Below, piece after piece: positions 26,001-38,963 of a stretch of DNA of 47,449 bases; position 1 is the first letter of the stretch; each line of letters starts with the position of its first letter. The notes beneath the pieces are model-generated. The model searched no databases and had not been told where the DNA came from. It was given only the letters and a program-made list of their open reading frames with translations. The DNA is from Catajapyx aquilonaris (Eukaryota): NCBI GenBank assembly GCA_000934665.2, contig JYFJ02003012.1, forward strand, positions 1 to 47,449. The letters are read 5' to 3'. A program made the translations under genes and the position numbers.

Positions 26001-27185
26001 TCAACGGTCATGAGGGCAGGTACAGTTCACAGTATGGAGCCAATAATATTAGTATCTGCGATGAAGTATAGTTATAACAACCTTTCCACATTACGACCTA
26101 TTTTCAGCCCTCTTTACACCCATAGACTCTAATGATGTGCCCCTGCACTAATATCAATTGACTGGACTTTCGAAAATTACACATGGCATGCAAATCGTGG
26201 TCTTGCAATTTATGCACCTGCCACTAACAAGTGGCCTCTCTATCCCCGTACTTAAGCCATTTGTTTTTCTCCTTCACCACTTGTTGCGTCGTTTTTGTTA
26301 GGTGCTGTCGTCATTTCTCACAAAGGCTTGATTGCCCAAATGAAGTTTTGTGCGTGGAATGCCCTTAGAAACTGCCGAAGGCCATGGAAAATGGTCATTT
26401 CAGTGGCCCTACTATTTTTTTTTCCTCCTTTAGTTTTTACCACCTTATTTTGGCCCCACTATTCCCTTATACTTACGCCTATCTCGTTTTGAAGACGCGG
26501 CGCCGCGCCGTAATTTCTAACTGCTTTTCTTGCTTCTCAGCAGTAGCCTCAAGGGTACATATCGCCTGACCCGCAAGACAGTCATATCCCGAAAATTATA
26601 CAGTACGTGTATGAAATAATGATATGACTGATTGTAATTCTACATGACGCATTGAAGATGCTTGCGAGACATATCGGATTGAAAAATGCGAAATGGGTGG
26701 TAATTAAATGGGTTGAACAAATCAGAGCTTCTGTTCTTTCAACTTGTACGACATATTTACACCTAAAAAAAAACAACACCTTGCTTATTACAGGGTTGCA
26801 TGATGTGCGTGTGCAAAATTTATAATGAACATTTCCGTTGCAGGAAATCCATCAATATTTTTCTATAGACGAGAAAATTGCTTAGCAAGGAGCTCAGCAA
26901 AAAGTTTTGATTCCCACGCTCATTTTTTTTTGCATTCGGTTCCTTTTTCTTGTCTTATAATATCAGGCAACATGTTAAACGTATGCAAAGGCCATTCGAT
27001 CAATTACGCTTGGTTCGATGTACCACATGTCGGCAGGTAAGTTATGTCATTGTCAAGGTTAGTAATGAGCCGCAGGTGTGCGACCTTCAACTCTTCCCCC
27101 CCTCCCTCCCTCCCCTGTCCAGAATTCCATTATAGCAGGTGCCAACCTGCCCAACGAAATGTGGTGGAATGTAAGAATAACTCAC

Positions 27186-27276
27186 CCTGTAGTTTCTTCT
27201 CCGCTTCCCAAAACTTCTGCAACTCGGTGAAGTATTTATCCAGGATGAATACTTTGGAAAGTCCCAATGTTGCCAT
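27186..27276 (-). CDS. dachs: dachs coding exon 1 (MATLGLSKVFILDKYFTELQKFWEAEKKLQ)
   Basis: ATG at 27276; 91 nt (30 codons + 1); donor CAG G|GTGAG. Phase 1 matches the exon 2 acceptor. Too short for the ORF track. Confidence 0.92.
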
Positions 27277-28693
27277 CGCGACGTGTGCCGAAGCTAGGTT
27301 GTTGCTTTACAAATACAATTTAAAAAAAACAATCACCCCTGATGCTGGCCGGGCACACACTTGAGCCTCATGGCAACAATGTTCCTCAGTCCCCGGCCAT
27401 GATTGTTGAGCCTCCGTCACATGTGTGCAACACACTCCACTCCTGTATAAAAACCAGTCAACCCAACCCCGGATAGGCTGTGGATCTGTGCAGTTGAGCG
27501 AGTTGACCAAAAACCAGAGGGGCAGCACCGGTCTCCTCCCCCTCTGCTGCCCCCAACATTGGTCACGTGTCGTCATTCCTATTGGCCACCGCACTTCTTC
27601 TTTTTTTTCGTCACGCAAAATGGCCCCCTTTCAATTCATACACAGCCACCATTTCTTAGCTTTTGACAGAGGTGTAAAATTGGACGAGTTGGAGCCAATG
27701 GGGGTCATGTCTGTCATATGATAGTTTTAAGTAGGTATGTCACACGTGGGTGTAAGAGTGTCAAAGTGCAGGTAACTTAATGCACTTCAGAGTTGATTTT
27801 GGCAGGTTGCTGATTTAGCGACCGGCCAAAAAGTGTACCTGGAAGATGCACCTTTTCTTCCCTGGGAAACAGGTTTCTTCAGCCCTGAGGCTGTCGGGGA
27901 CTGAAGGTCTAGGACTTGTACCCCCCATCCCATCTCACTCCCCTTCTCTACCCTGCCACTACCACCACTCACCTCAGTATACCCACCCTCATTCTCCAGC
28001 CCCTCTTTTTACCTTTTGTCTCCTGAGGAGAAGTCCGGCCAAATTCTCCTCGCTTCAAACCGTCACAGAACACAACAAGGCCCCCCCAAAATATTCCCCG
28101 TTATTATTTTCCACGTGATTTTGAGTTCCCTTTCTAAGACAAAAATACGGCCAAGCTTGTAGACAAATGGGCTGCTTGTTGGTGTAAAATGAACTACTTA
28201 CTATATGTTTTTAATATTCGGCTGAGTAGCGTACCTGCACCGTACACCAATGGCAGTGGCCTGATAATCTGCAACAACTTTTTGTTACGAGCAGAATATT
28301 TTATGCCTAAGATTATTGCAACATAATAACATACATGGACGCATTGGTCTCTTCAATATTTCTTTTGAATCAGGAGATTACATTTTTTGACACCAGTAAA
28401 ACAAATACTGCAAAATGATTAGCTTTCACCTTATGCCCAAAACCAGTTTCTATATAGGGTCGTAATTATTAACTATTGTTGAGACTGAGCACGCAATGAT
28501 ATGCTGCACTTTGAAACGAAGCCCCGGCATTTTTTTACATGACGTGAAATATTGCAGGCGGAGAATCGGGTAATAAAGTAAGGTTAGCTGTCTCCCGAGC
28601 TATGAGAAAAGACATGAAGCAGCTATGAAATATGCCACTTTCCACCGAGTTTCTAACAATGCAAAATCACGCCTTCGCTTTCCAATATTGTTA

Positions 28694-28757
28694 TCGATAT
28701 TGGCCGACAGGAAATTCTTTAGGTATACCTAAAGAATTTCCTGTCGGCCCATATCGA
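28694..28757. repeat. 64 bp loopless palindrome
   Basis: Centre GGTA|TACC at 28725/28726; one mismatch. Confidence 0.92.
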
Positions 28758-28779
28758 AGAAAAATGGATGGGAATGCCC

Positions 28780-29019
28780 AGTCGAATGACTATTGCCTGC
28801 TATTGCCTAGTGCCTACCCTCCTGAGTCAGATGACTAGTGCGCTAGTCAATGTACTGGTGCGCTAGTCGAGAGACTAGTGCCACTGGTCAGCTGACGAGT
28901 CTCGAGAACTAGTCAGCCCACTAGGCCAGGCTAGTGAGCTGACTAGTCAAGTCTAGTTTTCCAGTTCAGTCACTTGACTAGGGAAACCTAGTCATTTGAC
29001 TCGGCAATTTTTCTGTGTG
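28780..29019. mobile_element. end of a CACTA/EnSpm-like element with ACTAGT subterminal repeats
   Basis: Many GACTAGT/CTAGTC units; terminus ...TTTTTCTGTGTG (CACACAGAAAAA on the minus strand). Confidence 0.55.
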
Positions 29020-29440
29020 TATCATAAATGCGACTGCTTACACCATCTTACACAATAAGCTGCATCAATTTTTGTAGCAAATTGATTGATCTCCATCATA
29101 AGTTAATTATATATAGCTAATGACTAAACGGTACTGAATTAAATTGAAACAGGTCGTCACAATCAAAATTGCTCTCTGGCTAGATCATCATGTGACCCTC
29201 TTGAATGAAGTGGTATCAGGATTGTGGCATATATAGAATAGATATAGCAAATGGAGAGCCCCGCATAGCGGGCTATGCATGCATAAGAGGCTACTTGTAT
29301 AATACCGGTATTGATATAGACATTGGATATTGCGAGCAAAGTTTATGTCAATATTATTTTGAAGGCGGGCAATAATTTTCATCGCCATCCTGCCAAGTTA
29401 TTAATACCTTCCACTACTTATAACGAACTAATATGGTTGC

Positions 29441-29519
<79 letters not shown>
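29441..29519. repeat. (TAA)n microsatellite
   Basis: Read directly from the sequence; it explains the poly-I and poly-N ORFs. Confidence 0.97.
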
Positions 29520-31155
29520 CGCAACAACAAAAATAACTTCAACAATGATGGGACTAAAAATAATCGCTTTTCATTTCATGCGACACATGTGGTGCCATTA
29601 ATCACATGGCCTTAACGCACAAGAACGGTTAAATTGCAGAATGAGATGTTTGATTGATGATGTAGAGGGTTAACAGGGGACAACACACAACAATAGCACT
29701 TATCAGCGTACCACTCGCACCCAATGTGAGAGCCATGATGGATGATTTTGCGATAATGTCGCTTATTGTTTTCGAAACAGAACCGCTTTGGTGTCCAAAA
29801 ACTTAAATCCATGATATCATATCATTTTTGCTGTTGTAACGGACTGGGTTAAAAGGAGGCTGCGGAATTTTTCTCTCTTCGCGTAAATGTGGCACTTACG
29901 TGACCATACACTCGCTTGTGGAGAGAAAGATGCAATGAAAAACTTGACTTCATTCCGGTGGAACATTCGTGCGCCCTTTTTTATATACTAGTGTCATTTT
30001 TCTTAGATAACAATTTAAAAGAAATACGAGGATTCCAATGCAATGTCGTGTTAAGTTAACAGCGGTACCAATACCGTACATGTTTTTATGATGGACTGCC
30101 CAAAAAGTGATTACTTCTTAGTGAACTTGCGGCACACACATAGACTGCTATAATTTCAACAGTAATTCCCTGATACAAGATTATTTGAGCAGAGTTCTTA
30201 CACTCTGCTCCAATAATCTTGTATCAGGGAATTCTCGAAGATTATCCACTATGTCATAAGTTTTTAATATTATCGTATCATTTTTCATTAACTTATAATG
30301 ATAAATTCGTTGATATTTTGTAGTGTGACTGTATGTTACATTTCCTCTTTTTTTCTTCAACACCCACAAGACCAAAGAGGAAAACGCTGGTATATTTCCC
30401 GGTCAACCAGCCCTACATGTATGTATCTGAATACAAGAGGACCCATTATAAAATTGCTCATCGTGCCTCGAACAGACTTGTTTCGTGTTGTAACGCTCGT
30501 GGAACTGCCATCTGTTATATCCTACAGGAACTTGTGATAAAACTTGCGCCCTACCCACAGTAGGTGGTGTTAACGGTTCCACTTGGAGGAACACACCGTA
30601 AACAATATATCTTCAAATACGAGCCACTGTTACTACATAATTGCAATAGTTGTATTATGGTTAATACCGATACATTTAGAACATGTGAGGCTGCGCGGCG
30701 GAAGGTGTGGTTGGCAGCTAATGAGACGGAGAGGCTGATCTTGGTGATTGAGTAACCGAAACATTTTCCCCTTTTGATCGTCTTGACACCTCTCTGAATC
30801 TTATAAGGCAGCAAACAAAATAATATAAAAACCAAAGTGGTCAGAGTGAGTGTGGAGGCATTTTCAATAAAGTGGTAGTCTGGAATTAGTGGCAACAGAT
30901 CTGCTGTTGAAAGTACTGAACCAAAAGTTGTCACTACCTCCTCGAAGGTAGGCATCACTCACGTCAACGACTGCGTCATACTGTGCTCCCATTAATCACA
31001 TGGTAGGGTAGACTCTGAGGCAGAGAAACATAATTTCGTCAGTATTGTAATCAATGATAGTACACCGTATATTATCCGCAACTTCAGAATTGCAACACGT
31101 GTGCTTCATAACGATTTTCATAGTGGGCCAGTTCCTTCACACAATGATATCATTA

Positions 31156-31209
31156 TATCCTCCTGAGACCTGATGTCCAATATATTGGACATCAGGTCTC
31201 AGGAGGATA
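31156..31209. repeat. 54 bp perfect loopless palindrome with TATCCTCCTGAGA termini
   Basis: Centre at 31182/31183. Confidence 0.95.
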
Positions 31210-34200
31210 CAGTATGTAGAGATTTGGTCTACGCAGAACGCAACCGCATGTTACTGAAGAGTGAAGCTCCAAACACAAGGAATGAAATATCCTAGCAGTT
31301 ATGCGTCCCTCCACGCAACCTTGACTGTTTCATTTGAATAGGGTACAGTACGTCGTGTTACCAGACAGTAATGTTGCTTTATATGGGAATGTAAGTGGCC
31401 AGATTGGGTTGCGGGATATTTTGCCCCTACCTCAGAGGGCAGCGCGCGATCTAAAGAGTTTAAAAAATAAAATTGAGCATTATAAGCAACTTTAAAACAT
31501 AAATGAACAACTATTATAGGCTGTGCAGGGGGTTTCAGAACTCCAGTTCATCTAGCCGCCAGTCATCAGATTGATCCTAAGTGACTTTAAAAAGTAACGA
31601 TGGGATATGGAAAAGCGCCAACCGGCTAGGAAAGAAAGAATGCTTGTGTGCCCTGTGTGTGCCCCTTTGAAACAGCGGCAACCAACACCGCAGCTTATCC
31701 TGGAACACACGCACAGGTACACTTGGCGTACTACACCCCAGCAATAAGTAGTCATGAATTATCTTCGTCTCTGTCTCACACAAGCGTACTCAGCCAAAGC
31801 ATATTACGGGCCACATGGTCTAGCTGCTTATTTTTAGCCCTGAAGTTATCACTCCCCACTCGTGTGTCCTCACAATAAATAACAACAGCGGGTACAATGT
31901 CCCATTGTTGGTCGCATGAATCCCTGCGACAAGAGACGTTTTAAATCACGAGCATCACCACGGGGAACCCTGAAGTCGGGTCCTTTTTGCCATATCGCGT
32001 CTTTCTTGTGTTGGACACCCCTCTCAAAGAAATGAATGCATCACATTTTCGCACCCTCACGCCCACAAGTCGTGTGAATCACACGCGACGTGACATATGA
32101 AGGACGGAGTGGTTCGTTGTGAAGAGGGGGTGTGGGGTGGTATGGCATTTTCTTAGCAAATAAGGCAAGTCTGCCAGTGGCATATAGCTGGGTCGTGAGA
32201 CCACCAGGTGTGAATGGACTTTTTCCTTCTATTCCGCGATGGTATCGCGTGCGCCGGGAATGGTGCCTGATTTATGGCAGGTTGGAATCATCGGGACGGC
32301 CGGTTGTAAGGTTACCGCCGGCAGATAGATTTTTGTCTTTGGATGAAGACAACAGCTAGGGAGGTGAGGCTGCGTGACATGTCTCCGTTAGTTTGGATGG
32401 CACCACCAAATCATTCGGTCGGACGTGCGCGACTGTCCTGCCGGACTTATCCTAATTTTAAAGTGTGTTATATAGCCTGTCATTGAGAATTGCTTAGTAA
32501 TGCCAGGGTGATGGCCTTAAATGTCACGCTAGCCTTAAGTTCCTGAGTGTCACACAGTACATAGGATCAATAACGAGCTATGAACGATTTCAAAGAAACC
32601 CGCGCATCTAGTTTAAAAAGCAAGGTTGGGTACACTTGCAGTGACGTGTGAAATTTTACAGAGCGTTAGACTACTAGTTCTCGTTAACTTGCAGTGATTT
32701 ATCCAGTCGAGTATTTACACGCATTATGTAGCCTATGTACTGCTACAGATTCGCTACATCCAAGGAATGCAATAATTGTTTCATATTATAGTCAGCTGGC
32801 AGTGCACTGTGTAACCAATTATACAGTATGTCAAAAAGGTACGGATAAATGCATCCTGATGGTATAGAACCATCAGGAATAATATTCAAGGCGAAAGGTA
32901 TCAATTTTATAACACCGTCACCTTGCTCCAGTACTGATAGTTGGACAGCGGTAGGACACGTTTTTTAGAAACCTTATTTGACATAGAGTTCATATGGGTG
33001 TCAAGTATTCAGATCAATCAAATACAATCTAAAGTAGTGCATCATACTCCTCGTTATTTTAATTCATACTTTCATAAAAGGTTGTTTTGCATAATTACCT
33101 TATATTTCAAATCCTACAGTACAAGAATTATGTCACCTCTGACTCTAAAACTAGGATGTAATTATCTATGAAGATTGGACATAGAAAATAACCTTACATT
33201 TAGCAATAAATGTTGCCTTCTTTATAGTGCCGGATTCGTAATAATAAGTGCACGACTCCAGATAAGCGCACAATCCGCGTGTAATCACTGACACACTGTT
33301 TTCAATAATAGCTGGAACTCACGATTGATTATTAAATATACAAAAAAAGTCATTAGCACCATTGGTATACCAAATAGCTATAATTATCTAATATTGAACG
33401 TGTTCATTTTACTTGATGCATGTACTGTAGGCCCTACTCATGCATGAATGGAAAGGAAGGGGTGTTGCTCAGAAGCAGAACGCGGAAGAGCCTGTAGTAA
33501 GAAATCACCTTGCACAGTATTTTCTACACCGTGCTACCTTATCATTAAGCTAATTGTTTAAGAATGATATAATGGAGAGAGTGCTAAATTATCACACGAG
33601 CTCACATAAATTACTCTGCAGCATAAAGTAATTTAAGCAAGTACGTTAGTCTTCGCATAAGCGACATGATATGAAGTATGAACTCGAATATAAGTCGACC
33701 TGTGGCTTGTACTGGTACTTTTACCCAGGCATTGTACAATGGCCCTTTGGAGTGATTAACCCCTGCTCGCTTCCTTCCTTGCGAAATTGCACCTTATCCT
33801 CTAGCATAGTAACTACAGAATAATATGCACATATTTGTTAATTATTGCGGTACCGGTACAGTGATGTCACGGTAAACGCACAACATCCGGAAACTAGAAA
33901 AGCCACATTCTTTGCATCCTTTAATCGCCACCATCCTCAGCTTTGAATTAGTCGCTTCTCTGCATTATGGTGAGCAGGACCACAATATGTAAGACAATGA
34001 ACTGACCAAAAAAATAACCACGCATGTAATCCATCATAAGAAGCCAGCAAAAAAAACTAAACTTGGCCTGGTTCGTCCACATGCCTGCTCCTCCTCCTGA
34101 AGTAAAACCTAAGGTGACACTTTCACACTAGATGAGCACTACAACTGACAGGCAATGGTGTTATCTATCTCGCTTGCTTGAATCTAAGGGGAAAAAATGC

Positions 34201-35871
34201 CGGGCGCGTGAAAATGGGCGTGTACCCAAATTTGCACAAAATGTACCAGAACTGGTTTTTCTTACTGCCCAACATTTTTTTTTTTTAGCTCTGAGAGTGA
34301 TTTGCACCAGAAATTCCAAATAATTCATGTTGTTCGCATTGGCAACAAAATAATATTCATGAAGTAACCTGGTCCCGGCTTAGTGTCATCGTCTCACATA
34401 ATTAAAGGAGTGGAGTGAGGTGGGGGTAAGGTGGGGTGGGCTTAATTAGAATTCCTGAAGGCTTATCCAACCAGATTTCCCAGCACTGGCGTTTGTCCAG
34501 CGTTTTCCCTTGGCCCCTTAAAGACATGGGAATTCACTTTGCTCTTAATAGCAAGTCCGGACCGAGTGTTTCTTAATCCCGTCATTTAGCTGCAAGCTTC
34601 CTTCTTATTATTCCCCCCCTCTTCAGAATAATCAACTTCGGCGTCCCTTTGCAGCTTCTCTTTTAAAAAAAATTTGCACACTCTCGTCGCAAATTTCCTG
34701 CCCTCTTTTGTCAAAGTTATCAAAGTCTCCTTCCGGCCACTGATTTTTCAGAGCCCTTGTTTACACTGGACTCGTTAGCTGGTTTTGTCCATAACAGGAT
34801 TGGATCCACCACCCCCCTGCTCCGTCACCTCCACTACCTCCCCAACTCAATCTTATCTCGATTGAACCCGATCCAGATGCCAGAAATGGTCAATGGATGG
34901 AATCGATTATTGGCTTAGAGTTTATTTTATTAATCTAATTGGAAATTAGTGACGCAATTTATTAGGTTGTGCTCCCAAGCTTGCGATAACTAGTTTTTTA
35001 AGCGAATTTAGCGGGTTCGAGAATTGGCTTCTCGCTCTCGCTCACGCTTTCTCTATGACCGATTCTCGTGAGCTTACTGCATGAATAAATTTGTTTCGAT
35101 CCAGCCGAGAAAGAAAAATGTCGCCAATAAACCCATCACGTCAGTTACGCCCCAATCAATCAAAATCACTTAGGCTATGTTAGACTAATGAGCGACAGGT
35201 GGCACGAATCCCTTGATTACGTTCTCGGACAGTTCTTAATTGCTCCCTGACCGACGGTTAAATCATTTTCTCACGGAAGACAGCAATTTGGCGACCGCCA
35301 CGACCATGCTCGCAAAAGCAAATTGGTCACACCAACAGCCAGGAAATTAAGTGGAACCGACTTGACGCCCCAGAAAACGTTTGTCTCGGACCTGAAAAGA
35401 CTGAAAAACCATCTCTGCATTCTCATACATTTCGGGAGTATTGCCTTTCAGAGGGCGGTGGGTAGTTATACAGTTATACTAACTGCAAAAGGTGCAATTA
35501 GTTATTAGGATCACAGTTATGCTATTCAGCCGTATTCAGCTCATAGTCGATTGTCCATTACTCATTCAGAGAGGTGGGAAGATGGCAAATTAAATTGTGG
35601 TCGCGATTTTCAATCACTTGAGTTTACAGTTTTTCATCTTATGTAGCTTATCTGTGCAAGTATGTTTTAAAATACTGAACATGCAGCCTAGCACTTATCT
35701 CAAAATGTAAAAGGTTCAAAAATAAAACGTCAAATTAATTGAACCTAACTAGTCAACACTGACCTGTTTTTTAAAAACTTGTTTGGTTTAGCATAATAGG
35801 CTACACCCTCAACACCTACAATTGCAGTAATATAAACAGTGATAATAATACATATTATGTTTCCCCCCTTA

Positions 35872-36064
35872 AGCCGCGTTTATACATGTGAGCGATTTGA
35901 CGAGCGAAGTCTTCGCCGAGTGATAACATCGCTGGGTAACACGAGTAACGAGTATTGAAGTGAAAGTAACAATCGATTTTCGCCTCAAACAATACTGGTT
36001 ACTCTGCGATGTTAACGCTCGGCGAAGACTTCGCTCGTCAAATCGCTCACATGTAAACGCGGCT
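35872..36064. mobile_element. PIF/Harbinger-type (Tourist-like) MITE
   Basis: ~60 bp TIR AGCCGCGTTT..ACATGTGAGCGATTTGACGAGCGAAGTCTTCGCCGAG, with TTA TSD on both sides. Confidence 0.85.
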
Positions 36065-37332
36065 TTATGAATATTTTTTATACTGGACAGTAGCTAAGAG
36101 TGTCTGACCATTACGGTTCCATGCATGGGAGGGAATCTGCAGTGTATTGTTGAAAAAGATAACGTTATCCTGTGTAATTGATTCCCATAAAATCATTATC
36201 ATAACGTTCTCTTTATATCAAAAAGGAGAGGAAGGGGTTTTCATAAATCGTCGCGCAATAAAAGTATAGGTGTGCAGCTATTCGGTCGGAAGGTGTAAAT
36301 TCGACACAGGACTTCATGCCTCCCGGCAAAGGGAGAGCAAGGTCAACGTTGGTGTGACAGGTTGTGATACAAGAGGACACGTCCCACCTTGACATCTTGC
36401 TCGAGAGTAATTTTAGGCAACAGTGTGCCCCATGCTGATATTCCACCTAAGTATATGAAAATATACCCATTAGAATAAATTGTTGTACAAGTAAATTGCA
36501 ATATATAAATATCATCAATAGATCACAAGACGTAGATTAAATTTCAATCTGCGTCACACTATGGTTAACTCCGGCCCCAAAAATGGAAGCATAATTTTCT
36601 CAAGTTTATAACAAGTTTGATAACAATAATGATAGATTGCACGAACTTTTTTTGCTCAACAAATTCCTAGTAAATTATGCGGTTACTTCATGACGCTGTC
36701 AATTTTTTTATGGATCTGAACCCATACTGGCCGCGCACGTCACATGACGTGGCGTCGTCCTGGACTTTAATTAGGCGTTCACGGTAATCGGAGGTTTGGT
36801 GGAGGATGGAAGAAGGTCGTTCTCACGAAAGAGAAGCCTTCCTTTTGTGGGGCAGGCAGGCCGGCAAGCAGGCAGGTGTCCAAACCACAACCGCAATCGC
36901 ACGGCTTGATGGGACAATCCGGGCAGGAGATGTGCTTCATTACCGCAACTCTAGCTCACTAGGTACAAAAGGGGAGCGTCCTTTTACATCAGCCATCAGG
37001 TCAACAATGGCAGTGTATGGCCGAGGAAATTGGGTCTGCCTCATTATTTGTAGCTGGAGAAGTGTCGCTTTCGCACGTTAAATCAAAGGGTTCAATTACA
37101 CACTTTGCAATTATTCATGGGGGTGACTTTTGGGCTTCATTTAATTACAGCGGGGCTTTAATTCTTCATTTTGGGTGACAGGTTTGGCACTACTTGAAAT
37201 GTTGCTTTCCCAGATATGATTCTTGTGTTTCCTGGTAGGCGTAACAAATTTTGCGTTAGTGTAAGGGCAAGGATCTGTGATTCCTTTTTGAAGGCAAACT
37301 ATTGATGAACCAAGCAGATGGTACGAAAATGG

Positions 37333-37578
37333 TTTGTTTTGTTTTTTATACCCCATTGGGAGAATCGGCGCTCCATTAGGGGGGTGGAATACCACCATTG
37401 GATGGAGGCCAAGGATAGGGAAGGAAGGAGGCGGCTGTGGCCTATTATACGGAAGCGACCCCGGAATTATCCTGAGGGGACCGTGGATAACCACTGAAAA
37501 CCATGGTCAGGATCGTCGGCCCCGGAAATCGAACCCAGGACCTCCCGATTAGCAGTCTGTCTCCTTAACCCTTCGGTA
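37333..37578 (-). mobile_element. tRNA-derived SINE, family B (Ser-GCT-like head)
   Basis: Head GGTTAAGGAGACAGACTGCTAATC..GGTTCGATTTCC; central GGTTTTCAGTGGTT...AGGCCACAGCCGCCTCCTTCC of the kind seen in insect SINEs; A-rich tail. Confidence 0.75.
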
Positions 37579-38963
37579 GGAACAATATTATTATAACAAG
37601 GCACTGACTGATAATCCCCTTACCTATCATTTATGCAAACGACGCAGTTGTTCGTGATATTGCTATATAATCTGTTGCAATTTCAAACCCCCTTCAAAAG
37701 GATTTGTGACTTTGAGACAATTATCCATAAGTGACGTTTTGTTGCCGTAATTATTTTACTCTGAAATGGCTGTATAAATAGGAGCGTTGTCCCAATTACG
37801 AATGTGTGGAAGCATGATAACAGTTTTTACAGTATAGTATTGCATATTTTTTGTGAGCATATACTCTAAATCAGGCATGCTGTACGAGAGAAATCGCACT
37901 TGGTGCCAATTTACTGATAGGCTTAGACATGTACGTACAATTATTTGAGGTTCATGGCCATACATTTTTTGTTGGGTTTCTTTACAAGATTGGCATCCCC
38001 TATAAGCCTATAATAATATAAAAACACCATTGTGTGGTAGAGTATACTTATAGGAACTGATAATAATCAACTATTGATCTAATTGACAACTACTGTATGT
38101 TCACTATAAGTAGATGAAATGATGTACTGTGAATATGGACAATAGCGAAACTATTCGTTGGACAAAAATTACGTTTTGAACATGATGCCGTTATATGGGA
38201 CAAGAATACATAAATATTACGCACCAGGAATAAAGTCGGTAAAGGAGAATCTTCTGCTGTATTCAGGGTCCGTTATAGAGACGTTTAGAAATGTATTGGG
38301 TGATTACTTACTGCAACTACTTGTAGTAAAAAGTATAATCACGCAGTATCTACCTGGCAAATATCCCAAATTTTTTCTAATAACTTCCAGTTCGTAACTT
38401 CATTCATCAGTGTGCGAAGGTCAAGTTTCTTCTCAAATCATAATTAGATTCCGGTGTCAGCTCGCTTGCCCCACTCCTTCCGCATTGAAGCTAGAACGTT
38501 GACATGTTTACCGGACAGCCACAAAGGGGGCCAAATATGCAGGTATTGAACGTGAATTTCATCACACACACCTCAGGTTACGAATCTTAATTAGCCTCTC
38601 ATAAAGGTGTTAAAATCTCATTAGGAAAACTGCTAAGATCCTGTCATCTGCACTCAGCTATGAGTCATTGCTGTGCACAATGGTATCGTCTGTATAGTTA
38701 GATTAGAAGATGGTTTTCTATTTTATGACATGACCATGTCATATTTAGTGTATTCAGGAAAAGTTACATGGCAGAATCGTAACATCCTACTGTAATTTTG
38801 GAGTATAATTATCACTAAAGTAATAACTAACCAGCCAAGCTTGAATTATGACTGGGTAATGACGTTGAAAATAAGGAGGGAGTTCAAAAAGTATCAGTAT
38901 GAAATGACGTAATAATTTAATTACACACCCCATGTGACTGATCCATTTTTTTAAACCATCTAA

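Larger units (their letters stand above)
1382..27276 (-). other. dachs: dachs gene model (unconventional myosin), coding exons 1-9; 3' part lies outside the window
   Basis: The spliced translation begins MATLGLSKVFILDKYFTELQKFWEAEKKLQ-DASSSNEAVHLQQRLRSLSTELVTLR, an N-terminus I recognise from insect Dachs. It continues into a myosin head with EDLIHL, P-loop GCSGSGKT, NSEASRIG, NYHIFYQML and GILDMFG. All 8 introns are GT-AG with matching phases. Confidence 0.93.

Noticed and set aside
13970..27175. CATTCC/GGAATG Scalloped/TEAD motifs suggesting Hippo feedback
   Set aside because: The number seen is about what chance gives for a 6-mer, and there is no clear cluster.
28830..29000. Regularly spaced ACTAGT repeats, superficially CRISPR-like
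   Set aside because: The repeats are too short and irregular, the context is eukaryotic, and no cas genes are present. They fit transposon subterminal repeats.
29323..29615. Poly-Ile and poly-Asn ORFs
   Set aside because: They are translations of the (TAA)n microsatellite.
30551..30958. 135 aa minus-strand ORF with a hydrophobic stretch
   Set aside because: No recognisable homology or convincing splice context.
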